Source: an uncultured Rhodopirellula sp.
Lineage (GTDB): Bacteria; Planctomycetota; Planctomycetia; Pirellulales; Pirellulaceae
Length of the DNA stretch: 38,181 nucleotides
Direction: 5' to 3'
NCBI GenBank assembly: GCA_964007735.1
Contig: CAXGAI010000042.1
Location: forward strand, 1 to 38,181
The translations under genes and the position numbers were made by a program. The notes beneath the pieces are model-generated. The model did not search any database and was not told the DNA's origin. It saw only the letters and a program-made list of their open reading frames with translations. Of this stretch, positions 1 through 10,488 are shown in pieces. Each line of letters starts with the position of its first letter. Position 1 is the stretch's first letter.

Positions 1-3000
1 CACACTCACATCACCAATCGAGATCGATGCCGAATCATTGTCAATCACCGTGAAGGTATCCGATGCACCGGCAATCGTTACATCAGAGTTATCGGCGTCC
101 TGAACAGCACCTGCATCAAGCCCAAAGAGGACCACCTGCAGATCTTCATCCAGCTCAACGATAGCGTCATCATTGATATCAATCGTGAAGGACTGAGTGG
201 TGTTATTTCCGGCGTCAAAGGTAATGCTGCCGACTCCACCAGCGAAGTCATCATAGCTACCAGGCTGTGCAGGGTTTTGAGCACCAAAGTTAACGGTTAC
301 CGGAACGGCAACTGGATTGGTCAGGGACACATCGAAGGTAATAGTACCGTCGCCTTCGTTGACCGTGGTTGCACCACCGGCCAACACAACGCTTAGTGCC
401 GCGGTATCATTATCTGTGATTGTGATTAAGCCATCAGCGGTTCCCATCGACACTTCACGTCCGTCAGCCTGTAGATTGCTAACAACGGCATTAACAACTT
501 CATCTATCTCAACTAGGTTATCCTCTGTACCATCGGCTGCGTCCAGCGAGACCGTGAAAGTCTGCGTTATCGTATCAAAGGCAGCAAAGGTCTGCGTTTC
601 GTTATTAGCGACATAATCACCTCCAGCAACCGTAGCCGATCCATCACTTGTGGCAACATCCACAGTCACAGCAGCATCAACTGGTGCCGACAAGGTAACG
701 TCGAGCGTAGCGGTATTGGCATCTTCATTGACAGTCACACTGGAAACCGCAACTGTGGCAACATCATCATTCACCACGGTAACTCGGCCATCATCATCTG
801 CAATCGAGACATCGCGGCCGCCGCTTTCACCCTGAGTGAGATTAAAGATATTCACATAGAAATCTTCACTCAGCTCAACTACGCTGTCATCCAAAATAGT
901 GAAAGTCACGGTTTCAACTTCCGCAAAAGAACCATTACCCGGATCTGCAGATGCTTCCGTTCCAGCATCTGTATTCGCATCCATCGTGAGCAGCTCAAAA
1001 TCTTTCCAGCCACCTACCCATTCCCATTCCTGATTAGCTGCAGACGCCGAAGAGGTACTGGTACTGTGTAGTGCCAGACCATCGGTTGCGTTGTATCGCA
1101 GAGAAAGGGCAACGTCGATGGGATAATCCAGGGCAATCTGCACATCCACCGTGCCAGCATCCTCTGAAACAGCAACGTCAAGAACCTGTAAGGTTGCTGC
1201 ATCGTCGTTGACAATCGTCAGAATTTCCGCCGGCGCAGGAATCGTAATCTGGCCTGTCCCCAGGGCACCAAAGGGGCCAAAATCTTCTTCTGTTAAATTA
1301 ATCGTAAATGTTTCATCTAGCTCCACCACTTCATCCATACGGATATCGATCAGTGCTGAATCCTGAGTTTCGCCGACATCACCCGCAAAACTAACAATCT
1401 GATCGACCGCATCGTAATCATCGTCTCCGTTTCCGACTGCTAAACCTTCGACTGCCGTTCCATCCGCCGTAGAAAAGCGAATTCCAAAACCGGTTCCGTC
1501 GTAATCCTGAACATCGCCGTCGAGCACGATCGCATAAGGACCGGTACTTTGACGGGTAGTTGGATCGTCATCCGTCCCTTCGATGATCAGTTCCTGTCCG
1601 GCGGAAAGAACAATCTCAAACGTAGCGGCATCTTCTTCTCCGATGGTTCCTAGCGTTGGAACCAAATCCAATTGAACACGATTCAGACCACCTGCACCGT
1701 ACGAAAGGAAGTCGTTTTCACTGTAGTTAGTTCGGTAAACCTCCTCCAACTCCACGACGGCATCCTGATTATGTTCCACGGTAAAATCATGGGTCAGAGG
1801 ATCACCACCTGTATAAACCCAGGTTGAGACAACCGCTTCAAAATCATTGTCTCCCACAAAGGCTGCCGGCCCGTCATCGATATCAGCTAACTGCTGACCA
1901 CCTACAAGATCTCCGGCAAGACCATTGCTTGAACTGTAGTTCGTTACAATCTGAGGGCTATTATCCACTACGCCATCAAGGAAGCTTGCCGTCTGCACCG
2001 GATTACTTAACGCAAGTTCAAAGGTCGTCGCAGCACCTTCAGCTATCGTTCCAGAAATATTCGCATGCGTCATGGTAGCGAGATCATCATTGTCGATCGT
2101 TAACTGAGTCACGTCTGTTGTGATAGACAAGGCACCTGTACCTGTAGCACCATATCCACGCAAGTTAGATTCTTCGAAGTCCACATTGAACGTTTCATCA
2201 AGTTCGACGATCGAATCACCGTTCACCGTAGTCGTAGCCACCTGAGTCTGGCCGGCTACCCCGCCATCGTATGCCAAATCCACCCCCCCTGTTACGTAGT
2301 CGGAAGTCCCGGCATAAGCACCGGCCTGATGATCCGCGGTCTTTGCACCATCGGCGGTATTATCCCATGAGACTAACAAGTCACCCTGGCTGTAGAGTTC
2401 GACCTGTGCGTCAAGATTCAGAGTTACTGAAAATATCCCAGCATCTTCAGCACCATCGCTAGAGGCAGAAACAGTAAACGTACCACTATCATCATTTTCA
2501 ATTATGTAAGTAGCTTCATCGTCACCGAAAGCCAAAGCCGGGGTGATACCATCAGCGAGTGTGAGACTTGCAAAATCCACTGGCATGGTTATCAAATCAA
2601 TCCCAATAGTTTCATCCTGCTCTACAACTTCATCTCCATTGATAACAAGCGAAACCAAATCCGTCGCTGAACCACTCCAACCTGCATCAACGACAGCTGC
2701 TGAACCTGCTACCACATCGTAGTCATCATTTCCGATACCCACACCGCCATCACGAGCACCGCCGATAACCGGACCATCCGACACAGTGGACCCGAACGAT
2801 CCACCCGACGCCGCTTCCACTGCTGCTGTACCAGAAACCGAGTATTGCACTGTAGATATACCAGAATCTCCCTCAGCCGCAGATTGATCAGCGCTGATCG
2901 AAACAACTCCTGAGTCATCGTTTCGAATCGTAACAGTTGAGCCAGTATCGATACTCAACGACGAAGCGTAGGGGGAGCTCGCCAGATCCACACCATCGAC

Positions 3001-5403
3001 TTGAATGCCGGTCATATCTACTGTCAGGGTTTCGTGTCGTTCGACATCTGCATCATCATTAATCGACAACGTCGCATCGGCAGTGTCAGAGTCAGATTGC
3101 AGGCTTACTGAATCAAGACTAACAACATCATAATCGTCGTCACCGAAGACTCCCGAACCACTCCCAACGGCCCCTCGTGCGGTAACATCCGAAACAACGA
3201 CCGAACCTGTAATGACTTCGTCAATATCGCCATTCAATGTAAACGTAACTACCTGATTAGCTCCAGCCAATAAGGCTTCAGCTCCGGTAACATCATTCAC
3301 CGTAATTGTTGCAGAATCATCGTTCGTGATCGTATGGACTGCCAGCCCATCACTTACGGTAATCGCGTCACTTCCATTTTCCAGTTTAAAGTCAGTCAAG
3401 CCAGTTGGTAACGCATCGAGCGTCATAGCAATTGTTTCGTCAAGTTCCACCACCGTATCGCCATTGATATCTACATCCACAATGGTTGGTGTGGTCAAAG
3501 AATCCCATGTTGAAGAAAGCGTGGTCGTGGTGGAATTCTCATCATAGTCATTCGAGCCAAGACCGGTTCCAGCTTCCTGAGCGGTACCTGAAAGTGAAAC
3601 CGAAAGTGTTCCTAAGGCAGAACCACCTTCAATCGGAGCTGATGTACTTACTGTATATATGTGGTTATCAGTGCCGGAATCAGGTTCAAGGCTAAAAACT
3701 ATCACTGGTGCCATTGATATCGTAGCGGCATCGTTGTTTTCTATAGTTACCGTGGCACTTTCACTAACAACTAACTCGCTAAAGTATGGATTTAAGCTAT
3801 CAAACACAGCTCCGCCGATTAATAGATTACTTAGATCAATATTGATCGTTTCATCGCGCTCAACGACGTTATCATCATTGACTGTAATCGTCAGCGTTCC
3901 GGTGTCGCCAACCGCAATTACACTTAATGTCGTATCTATAGCGTCATAATCATCCGACCCAACCCCTATGCCAGCCGCACGAGCAGTACCATCAGTCACG
4001 TTAATATCAGCAGTAAACGCAGTATCCATTGCCGTCGTGGCACCAACAGCATTTAACGTGTAAGTCACAACTGGAGCATTAGAAGCCAAATCAGCTTCGA
4101 CATCTAAGAGATCGGCGACAGTAATAGTTGCTAGGTCGTCGCTATCAATTGTTACTGTCGCTTCATCGTTATTTATATCAATGCTGATATCCGCATCCCC
4201 GGCAAGGCTATCGAGTGAGACAGTAACGGTTTCATTTGCTTCCAGAATCGTATCCTGCAGCACTGCAACATCAACTGTTACAAATGTTGTGCCCGCAACG
4301 ATTAACGCTGACCCGGAGAGAGCGGTATAATCATTTGCAGCCGTTGCCGTACCTGAAACTAAATAATTGACGATGGTATTCGTGGAGGCTGGTAGGGACT
4401 GACTAATTGTAAACTGACCAGGATCCAAGCCATTTTCATCCGCAGCACTATCATTCGCGGCTATACTTACCGTCGCGCTGTCGTTATCTACAATCGTTAC
4501 CGTATCGGCTAAGTTTAAGGGGTCACCATCAAGATCAATCTGAGCATCTCCACTGACAATACCGGTCAGCGTAATATCAACCGTCTCATCCGCTTCCACG
4601 ATTAAATCGTTCACAATACCGGCTACGTCAATCGTCGCCGCCGTGCTACCAGCTGGAATCGTTACACTACCGCTCAACGTCGCATAGTCTGTGCCGGCGG
4701 TCGCTGTACCGCCTACCGAATAACTCACAACCGTATCGGTCGAACTGATAGCCGTCTGCGTGACTGTAAACTGGCCATCCACACCACCTTCGACTCCATC
4801 AGCATCCGCCGAGATACTTACCGTCGCGCTGTCGTTATCTACGAGCGTTAGTGTCGGCTCTACGGGATAAACCGACTCCTGAGCGTTCGCTCCTACCGTT
4901 TTGAAGATCTGGACATTAAAGTCATCATCGAGTTCGACCACCAGATCATTCGTGACAAGAACATCGAATGTAAAGGATTCGGCATCCCCAACTGTAACAT
5001 CGATAGTTCGCGTACCTCTAAAAGGTATCAATGTTGAAGCAGCATAGTCCGATGCTAAATCAACAACAAAATCAGTTGAGATTGGCTCAGTAGTACCAGA
5101 ATTAGAAATTTCTAACTCAACAACAATATTTTCATCAGCGCTAACTCCGTCGTCGACGGTCAGCCCGGTGAAACGCAGTGTGTCACCCTCAGCAATATTT
5201 AACACGTCTCCTGAATTCACCGTCGTGGAGGACCCACCCGAGACAATCTCAAGATTAGATAAGGTAATATCCTGAGCTAAAAGCCGACGATCTTCCAAAG
5301 ATTCCAAGAACATTGACCGCTTTTGCAATCGAGGGGACGCTTTACTGGATTGCTGATTCTTCGAACTTAATTGACGGCGGCGTTTTGAGAAAAAGTCAAA
5401 CAT
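1..5403 (-). CDS. Giant secreted/surface protein with planctomycete export signature and about 13 tandem Calx-beta repeats (partial, runs off the left edge)
   Basis: Missing from the ORF track because there is no stop in the window. Manual translation from ATG 5403 gives MFDFFSKRRRQL...RSMFLESLEDRRLLA (Planc_extracel-type motif). Repeated units follow, such as GTATAGTDY..LSGSVTIPAG...NDLIVEADETV...TIVDNDSATVSI. The same frame is open at the window edge (DTFTVIDNDSASISIGDVSV). Confidence 0.93.
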   Translation of the reverse strand, partial: MFDFFSKRRRQLSSKNQQSSKASPRLQKRSMFLESLEDRRLLAQDITLSNLEIVSGGSSTTVNSGDVLNIAEGDTLRFTGLTVDDGVSADENIVVELEISNSGTTEPISTDFVVDLASDYAASTLIPFRGTRTIDVTVGDAESFTFDVLVTNDLVVELDDDFNVQIFKTVGANAQESVYPVEPTLTLVDNDSATVSISADADGVEGGVDGQFTVTQTAISSTDTVVSYSVGGTATAGTDYATLSGSVTIPAGSTAATIDVAGIVNDLIVEADETVDITLTGIVSGDAQIDLDGDPLNLADTVTIVDNDSATVSIAANDSAADENGLDPGQFTISQSLPASTNTIVNYLVSGTATAANDYTALSGSALIVAGTTFVTVDVAVLQDTILEANETVTVSLDSLAGDADISIDINNDEATVTIDSDDLATITVADLLDVEADLASNAPVVTYTLNAVGATTAMDTAFTADINVTDGTARAAGIGVGSDDYDAIDTTLSVIAVGDTGTLTITVNDDNVVERDETINIDLSNLLIGGAVFDSLNPYFSELVVSESATVTIENNDAATISMAPVIVFSLEPDSGTDNHIYTVSTSAPIEGGSALGTLSVSLSGTAQEAGTGLGSNDYDENSTTTTLSSTWDSLTTPTIVDVDINGDTVVELDETIAMTLDALPTGLTDFKLENGSDAITVSDGLAVHTITNDDSATITVNDVTGAEALLAGANQVVTFTLNGDIDEVITGSVVVSDVTARGAVGSGSGVFGDDDYDVVSLDSVSLQSDSDTADATLSINDDADVERHETLTVDMTGIQVDGVDLASSPYASSLSIDTGSTVTIRNDDSGVVSISADQSAAEGDSGISTVQYSVSGTAAVEAASGGSFGSTVSDGPVIGGARDGGVGIGNDDYDVVAGSAAVVDAGWSGSATDLVSLVINGDEVVEQDETIGIDLITMPVDFASLTLADGITPALAFGDDEATYIIENDDSGTFTVSASSDGAEDAGIFSVTLNLDAQVELYSQGDLLVSWDNTADGAKTADHQAGAYAGTSDYVTGGVDLAYDGGVAGQTQVATTTVNGDSIVELDETFNVDFEESNLRGYGATGTGALSITTDVTQLTIDNDDLATMTHANISGTIAEGAATTFELALSNPVQTASFLDGVVDNSPQIVTNYSSSNGLAGDLVGGQQLADIDDGPAAFVGDNDFEAVVSTWVYTGGDPLTHDFTVEHNQDAVVELEEVYRTNYSENDFLSYGAGGLNRVQLDLVPTLGTIGEEDAATFEIVLSAGQELIIEGTDDDPTTRQSTGPYAIVLDGDVQDYDGTGFGIRFSTADGTAVEGLAVGNGDDDYDAVDQIVSFAGDVGETQDSALIDIRMDEVVELDETFTINLTEEDFGPFGALGTGQITIPAPAEILTIVNDDAATLQVLDVAVSEDAGTVDVQIALDYPIDVALSLRYNATDGLALHSTSTSSASAANQEWEWVGGWKDFELLTMDANTDAGTEASADPGNGSFAEVETVTFTILDDSVVELSEDFYVNIFNLTQGESGGRDVSIADDDGRVTVVNDDVATVAVSSVTVNEDANTATLDVTLSAPVDAAVTVDVATSDGSATVAGGDYVANNETQTFAAFDTITQTFTVSLDAADGTEDNLVEIDEVVNAVVSNLQADGREVSMGTADGLITITDNDTAALSVVLAGGATTVNEGDGTITFDVSLTNPVAVPVTVNFGAQNPAQPGSYDDFAGGVGSITFDAGNNTTQSFTIDINDDAIVELDEDLQVVLFGLDAGAVQDADNSDVTIAGASDTFTVIDNDSASISIGDVSV
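4463..4842. repeat. Exact 29-bp direct repeat (4463-4491 and 4814-4842) bounding one Calx-beta unit
   Basis: ATACTTACCGTCGCGCTGTCGTTATCTAC occurs twice, 351 bp (117 codons) apart. It encodes VDNDSATVSI on the minus strand. Confidence 0.9.
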
Positions 5404-5430
5404 TACTGATTTATCCGTTTTTCGAATTCC

Positions 5431-5447
5431 ACCCCCGATTCGGGGGT
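5431..5447 (-). promoter_or_regulatory. Perfect GC-rich hairpin in the leader of the giant Calx-beta gene
   Basis: ACCCCCG-ATT-CGGGGGT forms a 7-bp stem about 28 nt upstream of ATG 5403. There is no U-tract, so its function is unclear. Confidence 0.4.
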
Positions 5448-5696
5448 ATAGATAGAATAGGTAGTCTATGGTAACCCAGCAAAATAGGTACCTGCAACCG
5501 TTTACAGACCCGCAAATTCAGATATTTCCACAGGCATTCCACCAAATAGAGCCACGCTATGTAAAACTCCCTAACAAGCCCGTGATTACTCGCTGTTTCA
5601 AATCGCAAGCAATCGTGAAACTATAGATTTACATTCAGGAAACGTTTAAATTGCAAACAGATACAGATCCGTTAACAAATAAACAGAGGTGGGTGA

Positions 5697-7019
5697 ATGC
5701 CTTCATTGCTTCCGATCGATAGCTCAAGACGATCTTTCCTAAAAACCAATGCTGGACTGCTTATGGCAGCAAGTGCGGGCTTTCACCAACAAGCGGTAGC
5801 TCAACCGGCAGCCAAACCTAAAAGTCCTAATGAGAGGCTGCGCGTAGGATCCATCGGACTTCGTTATCAAGGGACTGTCATTACAGAAAAGGCTAACCAT
5901 TATGCTGACATCGTTGCTTTTGCCGATGTAGATCGTAATGTCCGTGAACAAGCGAGAAGTAGCTTTGGTAGTACACCCAAAATCTACGAAAACTACGAAG
6001 ACATGCTTGAACAAGCTAATCTGGACGTGGTTCTGATTGGAGCTCCTGACCACTGGCATGTAAAAATGGCTGCCGACGCCTGCCGTGCCGGCAAAGACGT
6101 TTATGTGGAAAAGCCATTGTCTCTCACCATCAACGAAGGGAAGTTCCTCCGTCAGGTCGTCGAAGAAACTGGCCAAGTGCTGCAGGTCGGCTCGTGGCAG
6201 CGAAGTGACTCACGTTTCCGACAGGCTATCGAACTGATTCGTGCCGGACGTCTGGGAAAACTAGCGCAAGTCGACGTCGTCCTTGGCAAAAATGTTCAGG
6301 GCGGCCCATTTGAACCATACAAAATCCCCAAGACATTCAATTGGAATCTCTGGCAGGGACAAACTCCTGAAACAACCTACATCCCGGAACGTGCTCATTA
6401 CTATTTCCGCTGGTGGTATGAATATTCCGGCGGTCAAATGACGGACTGGGGGGCTCACCATCTGGACATCGCCCAATGGGGCATCAACTCGAACCCCGTC
6501 GAAATTACCGGCACGGCCAAGTACCCCGACGTGAAATCCAACTCCTACAATGTCGCCATTGACTGGAACTGCAGCTACAAATATGCCAACGGCGTCACCA
6601 TGAACGTCAAAGACAATGGCCGTAACGGTATCCTTTTCACTGGAACCGAAGGACGCATCTTCGTAAACCGCGGAACGCTCAGCGGGACACCTGTTGAAGA
6701 TCTTGCAACCAACCCTTTACCTCGTAAAGACTGGCAGGAATACGACTTCGACAATCATGACCGGCCATTGCGAGCCGGCAAACTGGATGCAATCATCAAT
6801 CACATGGGGAATTTCTTTGATTGCATTCAGTCTCGAAGACACCCTATTTCCGATGTGGAAAGTCAGCATCGCAGCGTCACCACCTGCCATCTGGGAAATA
6901 TTGCTCAACGACTCGGCAGACCCATTCAGTGGGATCCGGAAACGGAGTCCTTCCCTAACGACGCTGAAGCAACCGCTTTAATGAGTCGTGAGCAACGCCA
7001 GGGATTCGAAGTGATCTAA
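5697..7019 (+). CDS. Tat-exported Gfo/Idh/MocA family oxidoreductase
   Basis: SRRSFLK twin-arginine signal; PDHWH, VYVEKP, QVGSWQRS and DWGAHHLD motifs. Confidence 0.93.
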   Translation: MPSLLPIDSSRRSFLKTNAGLLMAASAGFHQQAVAQPAAKPKSPNERLRVGSIGLRYQGTVITEKANHYADIVAFADVDRNVREQARSSFGSTPKIYENYEDMLEQANLDVVLIGAPDHWHVKMAADACRAGKDVYVEKPLSLTINEGKFLRQVVEETGQVLQVGSWQRSDSRFRQAIELIRAGRLGKLAQVDVVLGKNVQGGPFEPYKIPKTFNWNLWQGQTPETTYIPERAHYYFRWWYEYSGGQMTDWGAHHLDIAQWGINSNPVEITGTAKYPDVKSNSYNVAIDWNCSYKYANGVTMNVKDNGRNGILFTGTEGRIFVNRGTLSGTPVEDLATNPLPRKDWQEYDFDNHDRPLRAGKLDAIINHMGNFFDCIQSRRHPISDVESQHRSVTTCHLGNIAQRLGRPIQWDPETESFPNDAEATALMSREQRQGFEVI

Positions 7020-7030
7020 GGCTTACCGGC

Positions 7031-8968
7031 TCACCGTTGTGCCGTTCCCAGCAATTTGAGGACTGGCAGGTCAAAGTGCCGCATTAATCCAAAACAATAA
7101 GCTTCCGGGAATACTGCATAGGTTGCGGTCGGGACAATCAACTCATCCAGAGACTTCAGTTCCCCTTCGGTCGCAACCTTGTCATAGTTTTCCGGACCTG
7201 ACAAGGCGACAGCACATCGGACAGCAAGACTCATACGCGGACCAATCGCCATCACGTCCACTTTGCCCAGATCTAAAACCCTCCGCAACATCTCAGTCGT
7301 CGTATTGATCTGCGCAGCCTGCAAACCTAAGGTTCGCTCACCCACAGTGTGCACAAACAAATTGGTCTGATACAAACGTATCGAAGGTTTATTCAATCCG
7401 ATCAACAAAGGGTCCATGGCAATGACCCGATATCCCTGCTGAACCAATTCACGAACCCTGGCTGTCTGCTGTACTACACCACTGTCAGCTAACAGGACAA
7501 TCGCCTTCTTAGAATCCGCCCCTTCGATAACAGAAACATTGATCGACAATTCGTCACCGGTCTTTACTTTCAAATAACGAATAATGTGTTCACCTACTCC
7601 ACGAGGCCCTGTAAATCGCTCTGCAAACGCGGACCATTCCGGATATTTCAACGTCTCGCGTAGTTGCTCGCGAAGCTGTGGGAATGTTCGATTAGCCACC
7701 AATGGCAAATCACGAGCGACTCCTGCTGCGAGAGAGTCAAAGTCCTGGTTCTTCTCCGGGACAGGAATCCCCAGCTGTTCAGCGGTCAATATTTCCTCCG
7801 CCTTCACCTCTTCTTTGATTTCACTTTTACCGAACGGATGAAAATGAAGATCGAGAAATTGGTATAACTGCAGTCGATTATCTAAACCATAGTTGTGATC
7901 ACCTGGTTCCTGATTTTCATAATAAGCAAGGTGTTTGCTAAGACCTGCCAGTTCATAAAAGGGTACGGTCGGATCATAGGTATTTGCTTTTACCGTACTG
8001 GCCACAAAGCAGCAGTTATCCTTGGCGTTATAAATCATCAGCATAGGCCGCGGCACCATGAGAGCGTTCAGGTGCGTATAGTCAGCATAAACAGCAAGAT
8101 CTGTTGGGACCTGCTCCAAATCACCAATACTTCCCGGGTGATCTAAACGCTGTGCCAGTGCGCTATGCCCGGCGACCGGCACACAAAGTTTTACCCGTTT
8201 GTCCAAAGCACTGAGAATAATGGTTTGCCAGCCCCCGCCTGACAATCCTGTTACCGCCAGAGACTCCGAATCAACACGATCGTGTTTTTCCAAAACGTCG
8301 AGTCCGCACTGCATAGCCCGATAAAAAACGGAAAGCCCTGACATGCCTAATATATCGAGTTTACCAAGGTGATTATGCTGGTAACCGTCGGTTCGCAATT
8401 GGCCCATCCCTAACCATTCAATATTCATTGCAACCATACCGGACTTTACCTGCTGAATACAGCGATACTGCTTCTCCTTATAAGCCTTCCCTTCAGGAGC
8501 ATGCCCATTGACATTCAATACCGCCGGGACTCGTACCCCAACCGTACCGTCGGGAATATATATCAAAGCAGGAATCCACATACCCGGCAGTGCTTCAATC
8601 AGCATCCGCTCGATGGTATAGCCATTTGCCGTCTCTAGTGTCTCGAACTTCCGTACATCAACACTCATCTGACGCCACTTTTGTGGGGCACCCTTAAACA
8701 CAACTTCCTCAAGAACCTGCCTGCGAATCTCTTCCGCTTGTTTAGCCCAGACCTCAGAACTTTGTGGCAACTCCAACTTTTTAATGCGTTTTTGAATGAA
8801 GTCTTTAAACTGTTCATCTACCTGTTCAATCGGCATCAAAGGCGTTGCCAGTGCCTGCTTCAAGGGATCGTTCTGACCGTGAGAAACTGAATCCATCAGG
8901 AAAGGTATCACCCAAAATGCGATTACCAACCATTGACTAGCCGAACGGGAACCCTTGCTAACTACCAT
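7031..8968 (-). CDS. Secreted alpha/beta hydrolase, acetylxylan esterase-like, with a degenerate second hydrolase domain
   Basis: Signal peptide, NVNGH oxyanion region, GLSGGG nucleophile elbow, DNCC acid region and GDHNY His. The C-terminal half resembles a second, degenerate hydrolase module. Confidence 0.8.
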   Translation of the reverse strand: MVVSKGSRSASQWLVIAFWVIPFLMDSVSHGQNDPLKQALATPLMPIEQVDEQFKDFIQKRIKKLELPQSSEVWAKQAEEIRRQVLEEVVFKGAPQKWRQMSVDVRKFETLETANGYTIERMLIEALPGMWIPALIYIPDGTVGVRVPAVLNVNGHAPEGKAYKEKQYRCIQQVKSGMVAMNIEWLGMGQLRTDGYQHNHLGKLDILGMSGLSVFYRAMQCGLDVLEKHDRVDSESLAVTGLSGGGWQTIILSALDKRVKLCVPVAGHSALAQRLDHPGSIGDLEQVPTDLAVYADYTHLNALMVPRPMLMIYNAKDNCCFVASTVKANTYDPTVPFYELAGLSKHLAYYENQEPGDHNYGLDNRLQLYQFLDLHFHPFGKSEIKEEVKAEEILTAEQLGIPVPEKNQDFDSLAAGVARDLPLVANRTFPQLREQLRETLKYPEWSAFAERFTGPRGVGEHIIRYLKVKTGDELSINVSVIEGADSKKAIVLLADSGVVQQTARVRELVQQGYRVIAMDPLLIGLNKPSIRLYQTNLFVHTVGERTLGLQAAQINTTTEMLRRVLDLGKVDVMAIGPRMSLAVRCAVALSGPENYDKVATEGELKSLDELIVPTATYAVFPEAYCFGLMRHFDLPVLKLLGTAQR

Positions 8969-8992
8969 GAATCACTCCAGATACAAATATTC

Positions 8993-10483
8993 CTAAAGCT
9001 TCGCCAGCGGATTAAGCGGGTAACATTCCTGCGAGCGTGGGTTTTGATAGTTAAAACAATTAAAATCGGGGCGATGTACGCCCGGCGTATCCGCATCCAG
9101 CATCAAGGCAGCATAGGGCCCATAATCAGCCCGATAATGAACGGCACTTTTAAGAACCAAAAGCCTTACTGAATCCAGCTCCACGCCGGCAACCTTGAGC
9201 ATGTTACGGTCGATACATTGCTTTCTCACCGAAGTGACAACCACTCGCACTCCCTTTATATCTAACAAGGCTGTGTCACCCATCGTGTCAGAAAGCCCTT
9301 GTGCCATAGGGCCTCCAAACACAAACTGACCATCTCCTAATTTCACAACCTGCGCGTCAACCTCTAATGTCTCTCCATGTAGGTCATCCACTTTCGCCCC
9401 GAGCGACAATGGCACGCATGCGCCTTCGCCCGCCTGGTTTGCCACCCGAACTGCTTGCGGATCACAAAGAGTTGCCACAACAGCTCCCTCAAACTCCGCT
9501 TCTATTAAAGCCGCTAAGGCAACCGTGCCATCACAGGGCGCACCTCCCCCCGGATTATCTGACCCGTCTGCAAAAATCACGAGACCGTCCGTAGAACGAC
9601 TCTGAACCATCGCCTCTTCGATCGTAACGAGTTGTGGCTGCAATTGCTCTTTTAACTTCCACAGGTGCTGTGACAGTTCATCAACCACGGACTCTGCCAA
9701 TCTCTGGTCACCATCAGCCACCGCTACAACGGTTACCCCCATGCAATCGATATCGGCAAAGGGAAACCCCATTGCGACGGTAGCCGTTAACATACCATCC
9801 TGAGATTCCAACTGACGTAAATAACGCAAAAAGCCGTCCATCGGTTCGCGTAACGTACACTGCATCGGCGGCAACGTAAGAAGCGGTAACTGGCGATACG
9901 CCATACAAGGCTTCACATCACCATCGACGATCTGCTTTATTAAGAGTACCGCCTCGTAGCCTCGATCTCCCATATCAACGTGAGGATAGGTATCAAAGCC
10001 GATCACCGCATCAGCCACTACGGGTAAAGCCGGGGATATATTCGCATGCAAATCCAATGTCACCACAATCGGCATTGCTTCACCAACTAGCAGACGCACC
10101 CGGCGTACAATTTCAGCCTCAGCATCTTCAAACTCTTCGGTCACCATCGCGCCATGCAGGTCAAGCAACACACCGTCGGCCGGCAAGGCGGCCTCAATAC
10201 GACACACTAATTCATTAACCAGGGTTTCAAAAGTCTGGCGAGTCACCATACCGGAGGGATACGCTCGTAAATTGAGTACCGGAACCAACTCGACCCCACT
10301 CTCTTCCGCTCCCTTCAGGTAGCCACCATGAATCGTGTTAGTACCATCAAACCGTTGCCGAATTTGTTCTGCCTCTCCAAAATCTGCACCAAAATGGCTA
10401 TCCCGCTCAAAGTCATCCACCGTGGTGGGAGTCACCGCAAACGTATTCGTTTCGTGTTGTATTCCACCACTTACAATTCGCAT
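8993..10483 (-). CDS. M81 family metallopeptidase (MlrC-like)
   Basis: HETNTF, DLHGAM, DLHAN, TYPHVD, DNPGGG and KSAVHYRA motifs typical of MlrC/DUF1485 proteins. Confidence 0.92.
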   Translation of the reverse strand: MRIVSGGIQHETNTFAVTPTTVDDFERDSHFGADFGEAEQIRQRFDGTNTIHGGYLKGAEESGVELVPVLNLRAYPSGMVTRQTFETLVNELVCRIEAALPADGVLLDLHGAMVTEEFEDAEAEIVRRVRLLVGEAMPIVVTLDLHANISPALPVVADAVIGFDTYPHVDMGDRGYEAVLLIKQIVDGDVKPCMAYRQLPLLTLPPMQCTLREPMDGFLRYLRQLESQDGMLTATVAMGFPFADIDCMGVTVVAVADGDQRLAESVVDELSQHLWKLKEQLQPQLVTIEEAMVQSRSTDGLVIFADGSDNPGGGAPCDGTVALAALIEAEFEGAVVATLCDPQAVRVANQAGEGACVPLSLGAKVDDLHGETLEVDAQVVKLGDGQFVFGGPMAQGLSDTMGDTALLDIKGVRVVVTSVRKQCIDRNMLKVAGVELDSVRLLVLKSAVHYRADYGPYAALMLDADTPGVHRPDFNCFNYQNPRSQECYPLNPLAKL

Positions 10484-10488
10484 CAGAA

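Noticed and set aside
78..3949. Short ORF-track calls on both strands in the first 4 kb
   Set aside because: They are shadow ORFs antisense or off-frame to the giant Calx-beta gene.
8993..10483. Microcystin degradation (mlr) cluster
   Set aside because: Only an M81-family gene is present, with no mlrA, mlrB or mlrD. The family is widespread.
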